Assembly (NCBI GenBank): GCA_963809895.1
Contig: CAWELD010000003.1
Coordinates: 1,344,001 to 1,408,000 of the forward strand
DNA: 64,000 nt
Origin: an uncultured Gemmatimonadales bacterium
Lineage (GTDB): Bacteria; Gemmatimonadota; Gemmatimonadetes; Longimicrobiales; Gaopeijiaceae
Direction: 5' to 3'
The position numbers were made by a program, and so were the translations under genes. Positions 60,264 through 64,000 of the stretch are shown one piece after another. Positions within the stretch are counted from its first letter, which is position 1. Every line of letters begins with the position of its first letter. Below the pieces are notes generated by a model that saw only the letters and a list, made by a program, of their open reading frames with translations, was not told the DNA's origin and did not search any database.

Positions 60264-61783
60264 CTATCGACGCGCTGTGCCGTCGCTGCCACGGGCCCCT
60301 CAACGACGAGGGCCTGTGCCCCCGCTGTGACGCCGACGAGGTGGAGGTGGCCACCAAGCTCCGCCAACTCCGGGCCGAGATCGCCCGGGAGCGGGGCGAG
60401 CAGGCGCCGGCCGAGCCCGTCAGCCGCCTGTGGCACGCCAAGAAGGAGAAGCTGGAGCAGGCCAAGCGGGAGGCCGAGAAGAAGCGAGCGGCGGCCGCGT
60501 CCGCCGACGAGGCTCCCGACCACGCGGGCCGCGGGGCTCCTTCGCAGACGTCACCGGCCGAGCCTCCCCCGCCCGAAGAGCACGTCGCGCCCGAGCCGGA
60601 CACGAAGAGCGCCCCGCCCGCCGGCCCCGCTCGGGTCCACCGGGCCGGGGTGTCGGCCTCGGGCATCCGGGCCCGCGAGCTCGACGTCACCGACCCCCGC
60701 CACGGCAGCGAGGCCGTGCGTGAGCTGCTCGAGCACCGCCGCCGGGGCCTGGGCAAGATCGTGGGCATCGCCGGGCTGCCACGGCACGGCAAGACCAAGC
60801 TCGCCGACCGCCTGCGGGAGCGGTACGCCGAGCGCCCCGGAGCCGACCTCCGCTACGACAAGACCGAGCGGGGCGAGGTCAACCTCTACTACATCCCCGG
60901 ACGCCGCGAGCACCACGTGCTGGTGGACGTGGCCGGCGAGGACTTCCAGGCGCTGGGCGACTACGAGCGCGAGCTCCCGGCCCTCATGCGCCAGTTCCTG
61001 TGGCCGGTGCTCCAGGAGCTGGACGGGCTCGTCCTGCTCATGGCGCTCCCCATCGTGTGGGCCGGCTGGAGCGATCCCCACTCGGAAACGCGGGTCGAGC
61101 CCAGCGAGCGCGACGAGATCGCCATGCGCCAGGCACGGGACCGCATGGTGGCGGCGCACCGCATGCTCCTGAAATACGCCATCGTGGCCCGGGACCTGAA
61201 GCGGCTGCGCCGGGTCGTTCCGGGTCTGGGTCTGTCGGCCACCGAGGTCCCCACCCGCAACCAGGTGGACGACGCGGTACCCTCCGCGCGCCGCCTGTCG
61301 GTGCCGGTGTCGGTGGGCTTCAGCAAGGCCGACCTGTACGCGCCGGGCGAGGGGCCCGACGCCGGGGGCGGACTCCGGCGCGTGGGCCTCTACACGCCGG
61401 ACGTGCCGGGACGGAGCGGCCAACCCGCCCCGCCGCTCCATCCCCTGCACACCGATCCCCTGATCCTGGGCTATCTCCACTTCCCGGAGCTCTTCGAGTT
61501 CATGGAGACGCGGGTGCGCCACTTCCACTTCGACTTCGTGCAGGCGCTGGTGGACCGGAGCGAGGAGCCCGATCCCCAGGAGGCCACCGAGGCCGGCGCC
61601 GATGCGGGCCGGGGCACGCTCCTCGGCGGAGAGGGACTGGTGGAGTTCGTGACGCAGCATCCGTGGCGCGTACCCGGTCTGGACACCCGGCGGGCGCTCA
61701 AGCTGAATCGCTTCCTGGACCCGCGCCGCTGGGACCGCAAGCTGCTCAGGGCCCTCCACGACCGGGATGGAGGCGACCGATGA
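60260..61783 (+). CDS. Zinc-ribbon / coiled-coil / TRAFAC-like GTPase
   Basis: CRRC...CPRC; G1 GLPRHGKT, G2 KTERG, G3 DVAGE, G4 SKAD. Confidence 0.8.
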   Translation: MTIDALCRRCHGPLNDEGLCPRCDADEVEVATKLRQLRAEIARERGEQAPAEPVSRLWHAKKEKLEQAKREAEKKRAAAASADEAPDHAGRGAPSQTSPAEPPPPEEHVAPEPDTKSAPPAGPARVHRAGVSASGIRARELDVTDPRHGSEAVRELLEHRRRGLGKIVGIAGLPRHGKTKLADRLRERYAERPGADLRYDKTERGEVNLYYIPGRREHHVLVDVAGEDFQALGDYERELPALMRQFLWPVLQELDGLVLLMALPIVWAGWSDPHSETRVEPSERDEIAMRQARDRMVAAHRMLLKYAIVARDLKRLRRVVPGLGLSATEVPTRNQVDDAVPSARRLSVPVSVGFSKADLYAPGEGPDAGGGLRRVGLYTPDVPGRSGQPAPPLHPLHTDPLILGYLHFPELFEFMETRVRHFHFDFVQALVDRSEEPDPQEATEAGADAGRGTLLGGEGLVEFVTQHPWRVPGLDTRRALKLNRFLDPRRWDRKLLRALHDRDGGDR

Positions 61784-63834
61784 GGCGCCCGCGCATGCGA
61801 GGGCTCAAGAAGGTCGTGGTGGGCACGGGTCGCCGGGTGCGCCCCGGGCGAGGCGCGCTGGCCCTGCTCGCGCTGTGGGTGGGCGCCCTGGTGGCGGGAG
61901 CCGGAGGGCTCTTCTGGTGGGCCACCGCCAGCGCGTCGCCGGCCCGGACCCTGGCGCTGGCGGCCAGCGTGCTGCGGGAGCCTCCGGCGCTGGACTCGGC
62001 GCTGGAGGTGACCTGGACATGGTCCGTGGGAGGCACCCGTGACCTGGGAGATCGCTGGCTGGCCCTGGTGGCGCCGGCGCTGCCCCCGGGAATCTGCGTG
62101 TCGGCCGGCACCGAGCTGGACGATGCGTTGCGTCAGCTGGATGCCTCGGTGAGCCGCGGGGCCGGCGCCGAGGAGCTGGAGCGCCGACTGTTGGCGTTGC
62201 GCTCGGCGGGGACCGCGGCTCCCGGCAGCCGGGCCGAGTTCGTGGTGCGCTACAACCTGGCGCGCGGGTACGGCGCCGCCGGCGACTGGGCCACCGCGGC
62301 CGAGGTGCTGGAACCGGTCCTGGCCGGCTGGATCTCGCTGGAGCGGGTCCCGGAGACCAACGCCGGCACCGCCCTGGCCCGGGTGCGCCGCGGCGCCGTG
62401 GACCAGGAGTCGGCGCTGGACGCCTTCCACGGCCGCTACCTGGCGGGCACCATCGCCTACCGCCGCGGTGAGCCCGCCCGGGCCGTGGCCCATTTCCGCC
62501 GGGCCATCAACGCCGTGCACTACCTGCTCGCGCTGGGCGCCGGCGGTTCGCTGGGACCCGAGTCACACGACGAACGGGTGGTGGCCGCACTGGGCCCGGC
62601 CCGCTGTCCCGGAGCGCGGAGCGACGACGCCCTCACCTCGCTGGACGCCTACGCCGGGCTGGTGGCGTCGTACATGGCCGACACCGGGTTCCGCGACCCC
62701 GGTGGGCTTCCGGCCGAAGTGGCACGGACGCGGCTCGAGATCGATGCCGACGACCCCTTCGGACCTGTGCTGGAGCACGCGCGCCTGACCCGGGGCGATC
62801 CGGCGCGCACGCCGGTGCCCGAGAACCTGATGTGGGCGGCGTCCAACCTGCAGCGGGTCTACTACCACAACCGGCTCCGCCCCGAGCCCCGGCTCGAGGT
62901 GACCCGGGCGGTGCTGCTCCTGCACCTCACGGACCGCGACCCGTGGACCGAGGCGTTGCGGGAGCAGGGCGGCGCCGACGTGTGCCGCATGCTGGGCGAG
63001 CTGGGCGACGATCTGGAGCGCGATCAGTCCACGCTGCAGATCGGGCGAGCGCCCGGCGCACCGGTGGACAGCGCCCGGGCCGCCGTGGCGGTGCGCACCT
63101 TCGCCCGGCTGCAGCGGGACTGCGGAGGCGAAGGCGCCCCCACCGTCGATGCCCGCGCGCGGAGCGACTGGATCCGCATGGGCGGGCCCTACCTGACCCG
63201 AGGCGTGGGCAGCCTGTTCGAGGAGCTGCGCAGCCAGGTGGCCGCCGCAGTCCGCGAGGCCGGCACGCCGGTGCCCGTGCTGGAGGAGCGGCTGGCGCCG
63301 CCGGTGGAGCGGGCCAGCGCCTACCGGGCGTCGCTACACCGGGGTCGAATCCCCGGGGAGCTGCCCGCCGATCTCCCGGTGGCCCCGGTACGAGGCTTCG
63401 TGGACGACTGGTGGCAGGCCCTGTTCTCGGACGTAGCGGAGAGCCTGGTGGCCCGCGTGCGCCGGCCCGCCCCCGCCGGAGACGGCTCCATCCGGGCGGG
63501 CGAGGTGCCCGAGCTGCTGTCGGCGCTGGAATCGTCGGCCCACTACGCCGGGCTCCGGCCCGACCAGGTCTACTCCGTGTCCGAGACCGCCTCGCTGGCG
63601 GCCACGGGAGGTGCCCGAGCGGAACTGGGCTGGCGGCTACGGACCTGGATGCGCAACCGGCCGCTGGCGGCGGCGGGTGTACTGGCCGCCGTGGTGCTGG
63701 CCCTCACCGTGGCCGCCCTGCTGATGCACGTGAGCTGGTGGCGCTACCGGCTGCTCACCCGGCAGCGGCTGTACGTGGAAGAGGCCCGGGCCCGGGGCGT
63801 CGCCGAGGCCGGAACGCGGAGGAACGCCGCATGA
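61780..63834 (+). CDS. Membrane protein, two terminal TM helices flanking a large TPR-like domain
   Basis: YNLARGYGAAGDWATAAEVL and YLAGTIAYRRGEPARAVAHFRRA. Confidence 0.75.
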   Translation: MRRPRMRGLKKVVVGTGRRVRPGRGALALLALWVGALVAGAGGLFWWATASASPARTLALAASVLREPPALDSALEVTWTWSVGGTRDLGDRWLALVAPALPPGICVSAGTELDDALRQLDASVSRGAGAEELERRLLALRSAGTAAPGSRAEFVVRYNLARGYGAAGDWATAAEVLEPVLAGWISLERVPETNAGTALARVRRGAVDQESALDAFHGRYLAGTIAYRRGEPARAVAHFRRAINAVHYLLALGAGGSLGPESHDERVVAALGPARCPGARSDDALTSLDAYAGLVASYMADTGFRDPGGLPAEVARTRLEIDADDPFGPVLEHARLTRGDPARTPVPENLMWAASNLQRVYYHNRLRPEPRLEVTRAVLLLHLTDRDPWTEALREQGGADVCRMLGELGDDLERDQSTLQIGRAPGAPVDSARAAVAVRTFARLQRDCGGEGAPTVDARARSDWIRMGGPYLTRGVGSLFEELRSQVAAAVREAGTPVPVLEERLAPPVERASAYRASLHRGRIPGELPADLPVAPVRGFVDDWWQALFSDVAESLVARVRRPAPAGDGSIRAGEVPELLSALESSAHYAGLRPDQVYSVSETASLAATGGARAELGWRLRTWMRNRPLAAAGVLAAVVLALTVAALLMHVSWWRYRLLTRQRLYVEEARARGVAEAGTRRNAA

Positions 63835-64000
63835 TCCTTCTGCTGCTGGGCGTGGTGTGCTTCGTGGCCGCTCTCCGGGTGGCCGGAAACGGCCGGGAGG
63901 GCGCTGGCGAGCTCGTGCGCGGCGCCGGAGCCGCGGCGTGGGCGGCGCTGGTGGCGCTCCTGATCCTCCTGCAGCTCGCCGTGGGGGCGCGCCGGGACCG
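63831..64000 (+). CDS. Membrane protein, truncated by window end
   Basis: ATGA overlap; MILLLLGVVCFVAALR... Confidence 0.65.
   Translation, partial: MILLLLGVVCFVAALRVAGNGREGAGELVRGAGAAAWAALVALLILLQLAVGARRD

Overview
High-GC bacterial chromosome segment. Gene content and order suggest Gemmatimonadota (inference). Bases 1-31 kb are almost all minus-strand housekeeping genes: mdh, moaADE, an ECF sigma module, HU, carA, rnhA, lipB plus a 2-oxoacid dehydrogenase cluster, secG-tpiA-pgk-gap, aroE, tsaC, ispD, dnaB, coaBC, rpoZ, gmk, yicC and pepA. Bases 32-64 kb are more accessory: a 2.86-kb lipoprotein cassette between two identical 53-bp repeats, a split imuB/recX/dnaE2 mutasome whose promoters share a TTCGG-N6-TTCGG motif, two citrate synthases, a PadR/ABC-permease pair and a HicB-MNT/HEPN pair. 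The window ends in a tightly coupled, mostly unannotated operon centred on a zinc-ribbon TRAFAC-like GTPase. A GGA-rich structured ncRNA candidate lies at about 6.8-7.1 kb. Three genes carry single-base frameshifts that look like assembly errors. All calls come from reading motifs by eye; no searches were run.
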